The notes beneath the pieces were generated by a model, which saw only the letters and a list, made by a program, of their open reading frames with translations, ran no database searches and had not been told where the DNA came from. From the NCBI GenBank assembly GCA_046758465.1, contig JBHIAG010000001.1:1-59734 (forward strand): a stretch of 59,734 nucleotides of DNA, read 5' to 3'. The translations under genes were made by a program, and so were the position numbers. The first letter of the stretch is position 1, and the number at the start of each line of letters is the position of its first letter. This stretch comes from Terriglobia bacterium. GTDB taxonomy: Bacteria; Acidobacteriota; Terriglobia; Acidiferrales; 2-02-FULL-67-57. Below, one piece after another: positions 18,506 to 28,240 of the stretch.

Positions 18506-19648
18506 ATGGCAAAACGCAGGAACCGGCGAGTTGGGTACGGAGAGAAAGTCCGCAACGCGGCCAAGATCAAGATCATCGGCGTCGGCGGCGGCGGCGGCAA
18601 CGCAGTGAATCGGATGATCCAGGCTCGGGTCAAAGGCGTCGAGTTTCTGGCGGCCAACACCGACCTGCAGGCCCTCAAGCAGTCCAAGGCGCTGTTGAAA
18701 TTGCAACTTGGTGCCAAACTCACCAAGGGCCTGGGCTCAGGCGCCAATCCGGAAATTGGCCGGCAGGCCGCGCTGGAAGACACCGACAAGCTGGTCGAAA
18801 CCCTGGAAGGCGCCGACCTGGTGTTCGTCACGGCTGGCCTGGGTGGCGGCACCGGGACCGGCGCGGCCCCCATCATCGCCCGGCTTGCCATGGAACTCGG
18901 CGCGCTCACCGTGGCAGTGGTCACCAAGCCGTTCGCCTTCGAGGGCAAGCGGCGGCAGTTGCAGGCTGAGCAGGGCGTGTCGGAACTGGTGGAGTGTGTT
19001 GACACCCTCATCTGCATCCCTAATGAACGTTTGCTTGTGACGGTGGAGAAGGGCACCAGTTTCTTCGAGGCCTTTCGGATTGCCGACGACATCCTGCGCC
19101 AGGCCGTTCAGGGCATCTCGGACATCATTGCCTTGCCCGGCATTGTCAACCGTGACTTCGCCGACGTGAAGGCGATTATGCAAGGCATGGGGCACGCGGT
19201 CATGGGGACGGCAACGGCTCGGGGCGCGAAACGCGCGGTGGAAGCGGCACAGCGCGCCGTTGCCAGCCCGCTGCTCGACGATGGCTCCATCCAGGGGGCG
19301 CGCGGCCTCCTTATCAACATCGCCGGCTCGCAAAACCTGACGCTGAACGAGATGCAGGAGGCCTGCTCGCTGATTCAGAAGATTGCCCACGAGGACGCCA
19401 ACATCCTTTTTGGCGCCGTCGAGGCGCGCGCACTGAAGGATGCGGTCAAGATCACTGTCATCGCGACAGGCTTCCGGGAGGTGAAGAAGGCCGGCATCGG
19501 GATGCCGGTGAGCCTGGCCCGCCCGCGCCTGTCGCGGGTCGTCTCGCTCGGGAGGAAGCAGGTCACCGCAGCCGGCGCGCCACCACCGGCGACGATCGCT
19601 GACCTCGATACGCCGACGTTTCTCCGGCGACGGTTTGGAGTCCACTGA
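18506..19648 (+). CDS. ftsZ: cell division GTPase FtsZ
   Basis: Motifs [28 protein letters not shown] and NxDFAD, plus the C-terminal peptide [20 protein letters not shown] lies upstream of ATG 18506. Confidence 0.96.
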   Translation: MAKRRNRRVGYGEKVRNAAKIKIIGVGGGGGNAVNRMIQARVKGVEFLAANTDLQALKQSKALLKLQLGAKLTKGLGSGANPEIGRQAALEDTDKLVETLEGADLVFVTAGLGGGTGTGAAPIIARLAMELGALTVAVVTKPFAFEGKRRQLQAEQGVSELVECVDTLICIPNERLLVTVEKGTSFFEAFRIADDILRQAVQGISDIIALPGIVNRDFADVKAIMQGMGHAVMGTATARGAKRAVEAAQRAVASPLLDDGSIQGARGLLINIAGSQNLTLNEMQEACSLIQKIAHEDANILFGAVEARALKDAVKITVIATGFREVKKAGIGMPVSLARPRLSRVVSLGRKQVTAAGAPPPATIADLDTPTFLRRRFGVH

Positions 19649-19667
19649 GTCAGTTCTGCAGGGTAGG

Positions 19668-20096
19668 ATGGGCAGCCAGCGGATCCTCCTGCCGCGGCAC
19701 ATCGCCAACGCGTTGCTGGGCGAAGCGCGTCGGCATGCGCCGCTGGAATGTTGCGGTTTGCTGGGCGGCCACGCGGACGAAGTCAAAGAGATTCTCCCCG
19801 CCACCAACGAACTTGCCAGCGCCGTGGCCTATGAGGTCACGCCGCGTGAACTCTTCAGCTTGTTCCGGCGTCTGCGCCAGCAAGGCCTGCAACTGGTGGG
19901 CATCTACCATTCCCACCCCGCAAACGACAACTACCCCTCTGCACGCGACATCGAGCGCGCTTACTATCCCGAGGCGGCAACCGTGATTGTGTCGCCGCGG
20001 GCGGCGCGGCCGATTCGCGCCTTTCGCATTCAGGAAGGAAAAGTAGGGGAGTTGCGGGTGGAAACAGTGGAGGCCGGCGCCAGCACCTCTTTGTAG
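19668..20096 (+). CDS. JAMM/MPN+ family metalloprotease-like protein
   Basis: Complete JAMM signature: E (APLECCG) followed by HSHPANDNYPSARD, which fits HxHx7Sx2D. Start is ATG 19668 (ORF opens at 19635). Confidence 0.75.
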   Translation: MGSQRILLPRHIANALLGEARRHAPLECCGLLGGHADEVKEILPATNELASAVAYEVTPRELFSLFRRLRQQGLQLVGIYHSHPANDNYPSARDIERAYYPEAATVIVSPRAARPIRAFRIQEGKVGELRVETVEAGASTSL

Positions 20097-21199
20097 ACCT
20101 GCAGCACGCGCCGCACCGATTCTTCCCAGGAAAAGCGCTGCACCTGCTTGTAGCCGCGCTCCACCAGTTGCGCGCGCAATTCGCCATCCAGCAACACCTG
20201 GCGGATGGCGCGGCTGATGTCAAAGACGTTTTCGGGATTCACCAGCAGCGCGGCGTCACCCACCACCTCTGGCAGCGCGGAAACGTTCGAAGCCACCACC
20301 GGGGTTCCATGCGCCATCGCTTCCAGGGGCGGCAGGCCGAAGCCCTCGTAGAGCGACGGGAAGACAAAGACCTCGGCGCGGGTATAGAACGCCTTCAGCG
20401 TCTGTGGCGGCACAAAGCCAAGGAAACGCACATCAGCCTGCGTGCGGCTCTTCACGACCGTACGCCGGAGGTCAGAGTGTCTGGTCAACTCATCACCGAT
20501 GATGAACAGGCGCAGCTCGCGGTAGCGGGGATGTGTCCGCCACAGGTCCTTGACGAGCGCAAAGGCTTCGATGAGCCGCGAGAGGTTTTTGTGGGTTTTG
20601 ACATTGCCGGCATAGAGAAGAAAGGGGGCGTTGGCTTGGTGGCGGGTGAGTGTGCGTTCGATCTCCTCGGGGTCGAGGCTACCAGTCAAGCGTGCATCGA
20701 GCGCGTTGTAGATCACCTCGGTCTTGCTCGCGGGCACGCCAAACACACGGCGCACATCCCGCTCGGTGGTTCGGGAAACGCACAGCACGCGCTTGGCCCC
20801 TGCCAGGGCCCGCGCAACGCGATAGAAGCGCCAGGAGGCTTCCACCGACGAGCGCTCTTCGACGGGAATCAGAAAATCGGCGATGTCGTGTACCGTGAGC
20901 ACGTAAGGGCAAGGCAGCCACCACGGCGCCGTCAGGTAGGGGATGTGGCAGAGATCGACCTTCTGCTGTTTCAATCGCCAACCCAGGCGCCACGGGGGGC
21001 GGAAGCGCCCATCGGGCTGCTCGTATTCGAGCAACGCAAAATTCTCTGGCAAGGGGCCGAGTTCGGCGCGGTCAGCCGGCGTGCCGATCAGCCAGTAGCG
21101 ATGGGTGCGGTCAAGCTGCGCCAGTTGCTGGACAAGATTGCGCGTGTAAGTACCCGCGCCGTAGTCCTGGATGCGGCGGATATCAAGTGCAATCTTCAT
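20030..21199 (-). CDS. GT4-family glycosyltransferase
   Basis: GT-B fold with the C-terminal Glycos_transf_1 signature (FVFPSLYEGFGLPPLEAMAHGTPVVASN). Confidence 0.85.
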   Translation of the reverse strand: MKIALDIRRIQDYGAGTYTRNLVQQLAQLDRTHRYWLIGTPADRAELGPLPENFALLEYEQPDGRFRPPWRLGWRLKQQKVDLCHIPYLTAPWWLPCPYVLTVHDIADFLIPVEERSSVEASWRFYRVARALAGAKRVLCVSRTTERDVRRVFGVPASKTEVIYNALDARLTGSLDPEEIERTLTRHQANAPFLLYAGNVKTHKNLSRLIEAFALVKDLWRTHPRYRELRLFIIGDELTRHSDLRRTVVKSRTQADVRFLGFVPPQTLKAFYTRAEVFVFPSLYEGFGLPPLEAMAHGTPVVASNVSALPEVVGDAALLVNPENVFDISRAIRQVLLDGELRAQLVERGYKQVQRFSWEESVRRVLQVYKEVLAPASTVSTRNSPTFPS

Positions 21200-21225
21200 C
21201 GGCCTAGTAGTGGCAAGGGCGGCGG

Positions 21226-22530
21226 CTAGCGCACGCCCCCGGACGGAGTGGCGACTTCCTCGAGGCGCAACTCGTAGAGTGGGAAGCGGGCGGTGAGCTC
21301 GCGGACTGCGTAGCGGATGCGTTGGATTGCCGCCTCCTCGCCCATGTGTTCGAGGGCATCAGCGATCCAGTTTCCAATCAATTCCATCTCGGCGGTCCCC
21401 ATGCCACGGGTGGTGAGCGCCGGCGTCCCGATGCGGATGCCGCTGGCCTTGAGTGGCGGTTGGGTATCGAAGGGGATGACGTTCTTGTTGACGGTGATGC
21501 CGGCGCGCTCGAGCCACCGCTCGGCATCGCGGCCGAGGATGCCGCGCGCGTAGACGTCGACCAGCAGCAGATGCGTGTCCGTGCCGCCGGAGACAATGCG
21601 GAATCCCCGGGCCCCCAGTGTCTCGGCCAGCTTCTGGGCGTTGGCAACAATCTGCTGCTGGTAAGCGCGGAACTCGGGCTCCATCGCTTCCTTCAAGCAG
21701 ATCGCTTTGGCCGCAATCACATGCACCAGCGGACCCCCTTGCTCGCACGGGAACACTTTTTTGTCCAACTCCTTCGCGTACTGTTCCCGGCAGAGCACCA
21801 TGCCGGCACGCGGCCCGCGCAGCGTCTTGTGGGTGGTGGTGGTGACAAAGTCGGCGTGCGGCACCGGACTCGGATGGACACCGACGGCAACCAACCCGGC
21901 GATGTGTGCCATATCCATCATGAACGGGCAGCCCACGCTGCCAGCGATGTTGGCAAAGCGCGCGAAGTCAATACTGCGCGGATAGGCGCTGGCACCCGCG
22001 ACAATGAGTTTCGGCTGGTGCGTGCGCGCCAGCCGCGCAACCTCGTCGTAGTCAATCGTCTCGGTGTCTTTGCGCACCCCGTAAGGAACGAAGCGGTAAT
22101 GCTTGCCGGAAAAGTTGAGCGGATGCCCGTGCGTAAGGTGGCCGCCGTGGGCGAGGTTCATGCCGAGTACCGGGTCGCCTTCCTGCAGCACCGTTTCATA
22201 GACGGCGATATTGGCCTGGGTGCCCGAGTGCGGCTGGACATTGGCGTGCTCGGCACCGAACAATTTCTTCGCCCGCTCCCGCGCCAGCGACTCCACCACG
22301 TCCACAAACTCGCAGCCGCCGTAATAGCGCTTGCCGGGATAGCCTTCCGCGTACTTGTTGGTGAAGACCGAACCGGTGGCGTCCAGCACCGCCTCGCTCG
22401 CAAAGTTCTCCGAGGCGATCAGTTCCAGTCCCTGAGCTTGCCGCCGCACTTCATTGCGGATGGCTTCATAGACCTCCGGGTCAACCTCGCGTAGGGGGCG
22501 ATTGAGACGGGCTGAGAAGCGGGTGGTCAT
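21226..22530 (-). CDS. glyA: serine hydroxymethyltransferase
   Basis: Motifs [20 protein letters not shown] and [11 protein letters not shown] (PLP lysine). The internal ATG at 22530 overlaps the rpiB stop (ATGA). Confidence 0.96.
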   Translation of the reverse strand: MTTRFSARLNRPLREVDPEVYEAIRNEVRRQAQGLELIASENFASEAVLDATGSVFTNKYAEGYPGKRYYGGCEFVDVVESLARERAKKLFGAEHANVQPHSGTQANIAVYETVLQEGDPVLGMNLAHGGHLTHGHPLNFSGKHYRFVPYGVRKDTETIDYDEVARLARTHQPKLIVAGASAYPRSIDFARFANIAGSVGCPFMMDMAHIAGLVAVGVHPSPVPHADFVTTTTHKTLRGPRAGMVLCREQYAKELDKKVFPCEQGGPLVHVIAAKAICLKEAMEPEFRAYQQQIVANAQKLAETLGARGFRIVSGGTDTHLLLVDVYARGILGRDAERWLERAGITVNKNVIPFDTQPPLKASGIRIGTPALTTRGMGTAEMELIGNWIADALEHMGEEAAIQRIRYAVRELTARFPLYELRLEEVATPSGGVR

Positions 22531-23006
22531 TTCTTGCCTGCCAGGGCTTGGTTGCGTTCGAGTTGGGCGATCTTCTCGATCCGGCGCTGGTGACGCCCGC
22601 CCTGAAAGCGCGCGCCCAACCACTCCTTGACAATGGCGATGGCGTGGTCGGCATCCACTACGCGCGCTCCCACGGCCAGCACGTTAGCGTCGTTATGCTC
22701 GGTCGCCATCCGGGCGGTGTAGGTGTCGTTGCAGTTGGCCGCGCGGATGCCAGCAATCTTGTTGGCCGCCATGGCTGTGCCAATGCCGGTGCCACAGACG
22801 AGGATGCCGCGGTCAGCCTCCGCACTGGCCACGCTCTGCGCCACCGGACCGGAATAATCAGGGTAATCGACCGATTCTTCCGCGTGGGTGCCGAAGTCAA
22901 TCACCTCATAGTCTGACTTCTGCAAAAATTCCTTGATACGCTCTTTGACCCGGTATCCGGCGTGGTCAGCGCCCAGCGCGACCCGCCGTATCGCTTTGCC
23001 GGCCAT
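22527..23006 (-). CDS. rpiB: ribose-5-phosphate isomerase B
   Basis: RpiB/LacAB family: [11 protein letters not shown] and [14 protein letters not shown]. Confidence 0.92.
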   Translation of the reverse strand: MAGKAIRRVALGADHAGYRVKERIKEFLQKSDYEVIDFGTHAEESVDYPDYSGPVAQSVASAEADRGILVCGTGIGTAMAANKIAGIRAANCNDTYTARMATEHNDANVLAVGARVVDADHAIAIVKEWLGARFQGGRHQRRIEKIAQLERNQALAGKK

Positions 23007-23164
23007 TGAGAGAGTCCTTTCTTTGCCATTCTAGCCTACCGGCAGCGGGCGTGCAACTGCGCTTGGTGAAGCGTCCCGGACCAGCCGCAGGGTTTGACCG
23101 TGTCGGGTAGAGGTGCTACAGTGGCGCGTTTCGCCGGGTCGAAGCCGAGAGCGCGAAGAGCAGG

Positions 23165-24283
23165 ATGCACGAACTCATTTGGGCAAACCTGAAGGCACGG
23201 CCCATCCGTACCGCACTCAGCGTGGCGGCGGTTGCACTCCAGGTATTTCTCCTACTGTTTCTGATGGGTCTGACGACCGGAATCGCACGCGAATGGAGCG
23301 AGCGCGTGCGGGGCGTTGGAGCCGATCTGCTGATCCAGCCGCCCAACTCTTCGCTCTTCCTCGCCTTTTCCCGGGCGGTGCTGCCGGAAAAACTGGCAAC
23401 GCGGCTGGCACGGGTCAAGGGAGTCGAGGTAGTGTCGCCGGTGGTGGCGGTGGTGAACACCGAAGGCATCAGTCTGATCTACGGAATTGACTTCGACAGC
23501 TACGATCGGCTGGGCAGAAGCGAACACGGCTCGGACAGCGGCTTTCTCTTCTACGCCGGCGGGCCTTTCCAAGCGACCGACGCCTACGACGTGATTATTG
23601 ACGACGTCAAGGCGCGCTCGCAGAACTATAAGGTTGGAGATACGGTGCCGGGGCTGCTCGACGCCGACTTCCGCATTGTGGGTATCGTGGAGCATGGACG
23701 CGGGGCACGCTACTTCATCCCGCTCAAGACAGCCCAGAAGTTGCTCGGGGTAGAGAACCGGGTTTCGATGTTCTGGGTGAAAACGGGCGGTGAGACGCAA
23801 GTCGTGCGGCGGCGGCTGATGCGGCTGCTGCCGCGCTACCAGGTGCGGCCGATGGACGAATATCTTTCCTTGATGGTCTCAAGCAATCTGCCTGAAGTGC
23901 GGTCCTTTACCTGGGCGGTGACTCTGGTGGGCCTGTTGATTTCCTTCCTGGTCATCCTCTTGAGCATGCATACGGTGGTGCTCGAGCGGGCGCGCGAGAT
24001 CGGCATCCTGAAGGCGCTGGGGGCGTCGCGCTGGAACATTACTGGCCTGGTGATACGCGAAAGCCTGGCGATTGCGGGCCTCGGCTTGCTCGTCGGGATC
24101 GGAAGCGCCTACCTGGTAAAGTTCGTGGTGACTTCTGTCCGCCCCACTTTGAGCATTGACATCACCGTTGACTGGCTGCTGTGGGCGCTGGCCGTGGCCC
24201 CTCTGGCCTGTCTGCTCGGTGTGCTCTATCCGGCTCTCCGAGCGGCCAGCGCCGATCCGGTGGCTGTCCTGGCCTACGAGTAG
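23165..24283 (+). CDS. ABC-transporter permease, FtsX/MacB type (no adjacent ATPase)
   Basis: N-terminal TM segment, a large periplasmic domain, then a C-terminal FtsX module (ERAREIGILKALGASR ... YPALRAASADPVAVLAYE). Confidence 0.85.
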   Translation: MHELIWANLKARPIRTALSVAAVALQVFLLLFLMGLTTGIAREWSERVRGVGADLLIQPPNSSLFLAFSRAVLPEKLATRLARVKGVEVVSPVVAVVNTEGISLIYGIDFDSYDRLGRSEHGSDSGFLFYAGGPFQATDAYDVIIDDVKARSQNYKVGDTVPGLLDADFRIVGIVEHGRGARYFIPLKTAQKLLGVENRVSMFWVKTGGETQVVRRRLMRLLPRYQVRPMDEYLSLMVSSNLPEVRSFTWAVTLVGLLISFLVILLSMHTVVLERAREIGILKALGASRWNITGLVIRESLAIAGLGLLVGIGSAYLVKFVVTSVRPTLSIDITVDWLLWALAVAPLACLLGVLYPALRAASADPVAVLAYE

Positions 24284-24518
24284 GGAGCAGCACGAAAGTT
24301 TTCCACGCGGCTGATTTTTCCGCTAAATTTACCTTACTGTGGAACGTCGGCAGGTTCTTCCCGAAATTTCACCGTTGCGCATTGTGTGCGCGCAGCCGGC
24401 ACTGGGATGTCGGTTGAGGACGGGGTGGGGCCCTTCTTGTCTTGCAAATTCCCCCGGCTCGGTCGTACCATAAACCTACGTTCAACAGGTAGGGACAGCT
24501 AGGGCGCTAGCTTTGTCG

Positions 24519-25754
24519 ATGAAAAAGAAGATTCTCATTGCCGACGACGATGATTTGATTTGCTCCCTGGTGAAGACCCGGTTGAAGAAGGACTACGAGG
24601 TCTTCACGGCGCAGGACGGAGAGGAGGCTTTGGTGCTGACGCGCCGACTCCTGCCGGACCTGCTGATCTGTGACTTGATGATGCCCAAGTTGCACGGCTT
24701 TGCCGTGGTGCAGGAGCTACGGGCTGACGAGAAGTTCCGCACCCTGCGCATCCTGGTTTCTTCCGCCAAGGCCTATCCCGCCGACCAGAAGACAGCGCTG
24801 GAACTCGGTGCCGACGCCTATCTGACCAAACCGTTTGACATTGAGGTGCTGGCCGCAAAAGTGAAAGAGTTGCTGGCGAGCGGGGCCGAAACTCCGATCT
24901 GGCTGCGCTTTTGGGGCACACGCGGCTCGATCGCCACGCCGGGCCCCAAGACGACCAAATATGGCGGCAACACCGCCTGCACCGAGGTCCGCTATCGGGA
25001 CGAGTTGATCATTTTTGACGCCGGCACGGGCGCACGCGAACTGGGTCTGGCCTTGATCGAGGAATTCAAGGGGAAGCCCATCGAGGCGCACATCTTCATC
25101 GGCCACAGCCACTGGGACCACATTCAGGGCTTTCCCTTTTTCTCCCCGGCCTACCAGGCGGGGAACGCTTTTACCATCTACAGTGTCCGGGGTGCGCAGC
25201 GCAGCCTGGAGAAAGTTTTTACCGGGCAGATGGACCGCGACTACTTTCCGGTGGCCCTGGGCGAGATGCAGGCGAAGCTGCGGTTTGTGGAGTTGGATGA
25301 GCCGGTGGTCATTTCCGATGCCACGATTTCCTTCACCTACTTGAATCACCCGGGACTGGCGATTGGCTTTCGGATGGATGCAGGGAACAAGTCACTGGTC
25401 TATATCAGCGACAATGAACCCTATCAGCGCTTGGTGGCGGAGGATAATTTGCTGGAGAAGCTGGACCAGAACTTGGTGGAATTTAGCCGTCGGGCAGACC
25501 TGCTCATTTGTGAGGCCCAGTACACCGACGAGGAATACAAGCACAAGCGCGGCTGGGGGCACAGCGCGTTGAGTGACGTCCTGGAGTTGGCGCTGGCGGC
25601 ACAGGTAAAGCAACTGGCTTTGTTTCATCACGACCCCATGCACACCGACGAGATGATTGACGCCATGGTGGAGCAGTGCCAGGAGAAGTTGCGCCAACGG
25701 CAGACGTCGCTGGTCTGCTTTGCCGCGTGCGAGGGCTTGACCTTCACGATATAG
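24519..25754 (+). CDS. response-regulator receiver fused to an MBL-fold metallo-hydrolase
   Basis: REC domain (KILIADDDD, DLLICDLMMPKLHG, TKPF) followed by an MBL fold (GTRGS, GGNTAC, DAGTG, HSHWDH). Confidence 0.85.
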   Translation: MKKKILIADDDDLICSLVKTRLKKDYEVFTAQDGEEALVLTRRLLPDLLICDLMMPKLHGFAVVQELRADEKFRTLRILVSSAKAYPADQKTALELGADAYLTKPFDIEVLAAKVKELLASGAETPIWLRFWGTRGSIATPGPKTTKYGGNTACTEVRYRDELIIFDAGTGARELGLALIEEFKGKPIEAHIFIGHSHWDHIQGFPFFSPAYQAGNAFTIYSVRGAQRSLEKVFTGQMDRDYFPVALGEMQAKLRFVELDEPVVISDATISFTYLNHPGLAIGFRMDAGNKSLVYISDNEPYQRLVAEDNLLEKLDQNLVEFSRRADLLICEAQYTDEEYKHKRGWGHSALSDVLELALAAQVKQLALFHHDPMHTDEMIDAMVEQCQEKLRQRQTSLVCFAACEGLTFTI

Positions 25755-25801
25755 TGAGTGAGGGTACGAGGGAACCTGTTTCGGAAGGACAACGCACTGC
25801 T

Positions 25802-28240
25802 ATGAGTCGTCAGTTGGCGTCCTTGCTGCTGCAAGCGGGCGTCCTCACCCAGCAGGAACTGGAGGAAGCCCAGGCGCAGGCCACCGAGAGCCGTCGCACA
25901 CTCTTAGACGTCATCGTCACTGAAAAAGCCATTCCGGAAGAGACACTGGCCGAGTGCTTCGCGAAGTACATGAACGTCCCCTATGTGCGCTTGGCGGTGG
26001 CCTTGGTCGAGCCCGAGGTCGTGCGTACCATCTCCGAGGAGTTGGCCCGAAAATATCTCTGCCTCCCGCTGAAGATTGAGGATCAGACAGAGAGAAGCGG
26101 GGCCGGCGAGGGACGGAAGCGGCGGCCCTCGCTGGTGTTGGCGATGGCAAACCCAACCGACTTTGCGGTTATTCAGGACGTGGAGTTCGCTTCGGGGTGC
26201 ACGGTCAAGCCAGTGGTGGCGACGCGTACCGAGGTCCTGGACGCGATCGAGAAATACTATTCGCCAGAGAACTGGCTGGATGATTTTCTTACCAATGTAA
26301 GGGAGACGGATGCATTGGAGGTGATGACTCCGGAGCCGGAGGAGGAAGAGGTGGAGCTGGGGATGGCGGCGCGGAGTCAGGCGGAGCTGCCGCCGGTGGT
26401 GAAGATGGTCAACTTGATCATTCAAGATGGCATCCGGATGGGGGCGAGCGACATTCACATTGAGCCGACGGTAAACGAGCTGCAGGTGCGGACGCGTGTC
26501 GACGGCTTGCTGAGAGATTTCATGCAGGTGCCAAAGTGGTTGCAAGGGCCCGTGGTGTCGCGGTTGAAGATTCTCTCCAAGCTGGACATTGCCGAGCGAC
26601 GCCTGCCGCAAGATGGTCGCATCAAGGTGCAGCTCGAAGGCAATCCGGTGGACCTCCGCGTTTCCACGTTGCCCACGCATTTTGGAGAAAAAGTGGTGCT
26701 CCGAGTGTTGGCCTCCGGTCGGATGGTGTCGTCGACAACAGCGCTGGGGCTGGAGGAAGCAGACTTGGAGGTATTGAAGAGTGCGGTGGCACAGCCACAG
26801 GGGATGATCCTGGTGACCGGTCCGACCTCCAGCGGCAAGACCACCATGCTTTACTCCTTGATCAATGAAAAAAAGTCCACCGCGATTAACATCATCACCG
26901 TCGAAGACCCGATTGAGATTCAACTGGGCGGGATCAACCAAGTCCAGGTCAACACCAAAGCTGGGCTTACCTTTGCCGCATGCCTGCGCTCGATTCTGCG
27001 GCAGGACCCGGATGTGATTCTGGTGGGGGAAATCCGCGACCTGGAGACAGCCGAGATTGCCTTTCACGCCGCGATGACGGGCCACCTGGTTTTGTCCACC
27101 CTGCACACGAACAGCACGGTGGCGACGGTGGTGCGGTTGCACGACCTCGGTATTGATCCCTTTCTGATCGGTTCTTCCGTGAACGTGGTCATGGCGCAGC
27201 GCCTGGTGCGGAGGATCTGCAAGCGCTGCAAAGAAGAGTATCAACCCTCAGACAAAATCTTGGAACGGTTTCAGATCGAAGACACCAGTGACCTGGTCTT
27301 CTATCACGGGCGGGGTTGTGAGGCGTGTGGCAACACGGGCTATGCGGGCCGCATTGGTATCTTCGAGGTCATGCGAATCACGCCCATCCTCAGGGAGTTG
27401 GTGAACCGGAAGGCGTCGGAAACGGACCTGCGGAAGGCGTCGGTGGCGGCGGGCACGACCTTGTTGCTGCAGGATGCCATGAGGAAGGTCAAGATGGGCA
27501 TCACGACCATCGAGGAAGTCTTGCGGGTCATCCAGTTGCAAGAGGACGAAATCATTCGCTGCCCGAACTGCAGCAGCCTGATCAACCTCGACTTTGCGAT
27601 CTGCCCCTACTGTTTGTTCGCGCTCAAGGTATTGTGTGAAGCCTGCAGCCAAGAGTTGAAGCCGGAGTGGCGTATCTGCCCGTACTGTAGCCATCGGGTG
27701 ACGAAGATGAAGATAGTCGGGGAACGCGAGCGCCGCCTGCCTCACATGTTGCCTGCCGCGGGCGGTGGGATCCCCACCCCGACGCCACCCGCCGCCGTGC
27801 CCGGCGCTGCCCCGGCGGTCGGGGGCACGTTGCCGACCAAGCAGGCGCGGATTCTGGTAGTGGACGATGACGAAGCCATTCGCAAACTGGTCACCAAATC
27901 GCTTGCGCAACTCCCGGTTCCGGTCGAGGTCTATACGGCGACGAACGGGTTTGAGGGTGTGGCCGCGGTGGAGTCTTTCCGGCCCGACCTGGTGGTACTG
28001 GATGTGGTGATGCCCGGGATGACGGGTTTTGAAGTCTGCCAGAAACTTCGTAGCAACCTGCAGACAGCTTTCATCCCGATTATGATGCTCACGGGCAACA
28101 CTGACGAGGAAAGTCGGACCCAGGGCTTCCTAGTGGGGACGGACGACTACATGAGCAAGCCCTTCTCCGTTCCGGAACTGCACGCGCGCGTGCTGCGCCT
28201 GCTCCGCCGCACCTACGGCCTGGCGCCTGTGGGCGCATGA
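25802..28240 (+). CDS. GspE/PilB-type secretion ATPase fused to a double zinc ribbon and a C-terminal receiver domain
   Basis: T2SSE_N-like N-terminus, then Walker A (GPTSSGKTT), Walker B (DPDVILVGEIRD), His box (GHLVLSTLHTN) and the tetracysteine CKRC...CEAC. Extra CPNC..CPYC..CEAC..CPYC follows (about 27560-27700), then a REC domain (about 27844-28213). Confidence 0.88.
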   Translation: MSRQLASLLLQAGVLTQQELEEAQAQATESRRTLLDVIVTEKAIPEETLAECFAKYMNVPYVRLAVALVEPEVVRTISEELARKYLCLPLKIEDQTERSGAGEGRKRRPSLVLAMANPTDFAVIQDVEFASGCTVKPVVATRTEVLDAIEKYYSPENWLDDFLTNVRETDALEVMTPEPEEEEVELGMAARSQAELPPVVKMVNLIIQDGIRMGASDIHIEPTVNELQVRTRVDGLLRDFMQVPKWLQGPVVSRLKILSKLDIAERRLPQDGRIKVQLEGNPVDLRVSTLPTHFGEKVVLRVLASGRMVSSTTALGLEEADLEVLKSAVAQPQGMILVTGPTSSGKTTMLYSLINEKKSTAINIITVEDPIEIQLGGINQVQVNTKAGLTFAACLRSILRQDPDVILVGEIRDLETAEIAFHAAMTGHLVLSTLHTNSTVATVVRLHDLGIDPFLIGSSVNVVMAQRLVRRICKRCKEEYQPSDKILERFQIEDTSDLVFYHGRGCEACGNTGYAGRIGIFEVMRITPILRELVNRKASETDLRKASVAAGTTLLLQDAMRKVKMGITTIEEVLRVIQLQEDEIIRCPNCSSLINLDFAICPYCLFALKVLCEACSQELKPEWRICPYCSHRVTKMKIVGERERRLPHMLPAAGGGIPTPTPPAAVPGAAPAVGGTLPTKQARILVVDDDEAIRKLVTKSLAQLPVPVEVYTATNGFEGVAAVESFRPDLVVLDVVMPGMTGFEVCQKLRSNLQTAFIPIMMLTGNTDEESRTQGFLVGTDDYMSKPFSVPELHARVLRLLRRTYGLAPVGA

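Noticed and set aside
25802-25900. A c-di-GMP-binding MshEN motif in the ATPase N-terminus (RQLASLLLQAGVLTQQELEEAQAQ).
   Set aside because: The match to RLGxx(L/V/I)(L/V/I)xxG(L/V/I)(L/V/I)xxxxLxxxLxxQ is only partial. The Arg is out of register by one residue, and the second Leu and the final Gln positions do not match. This is not enough to claim nucleotide binding.
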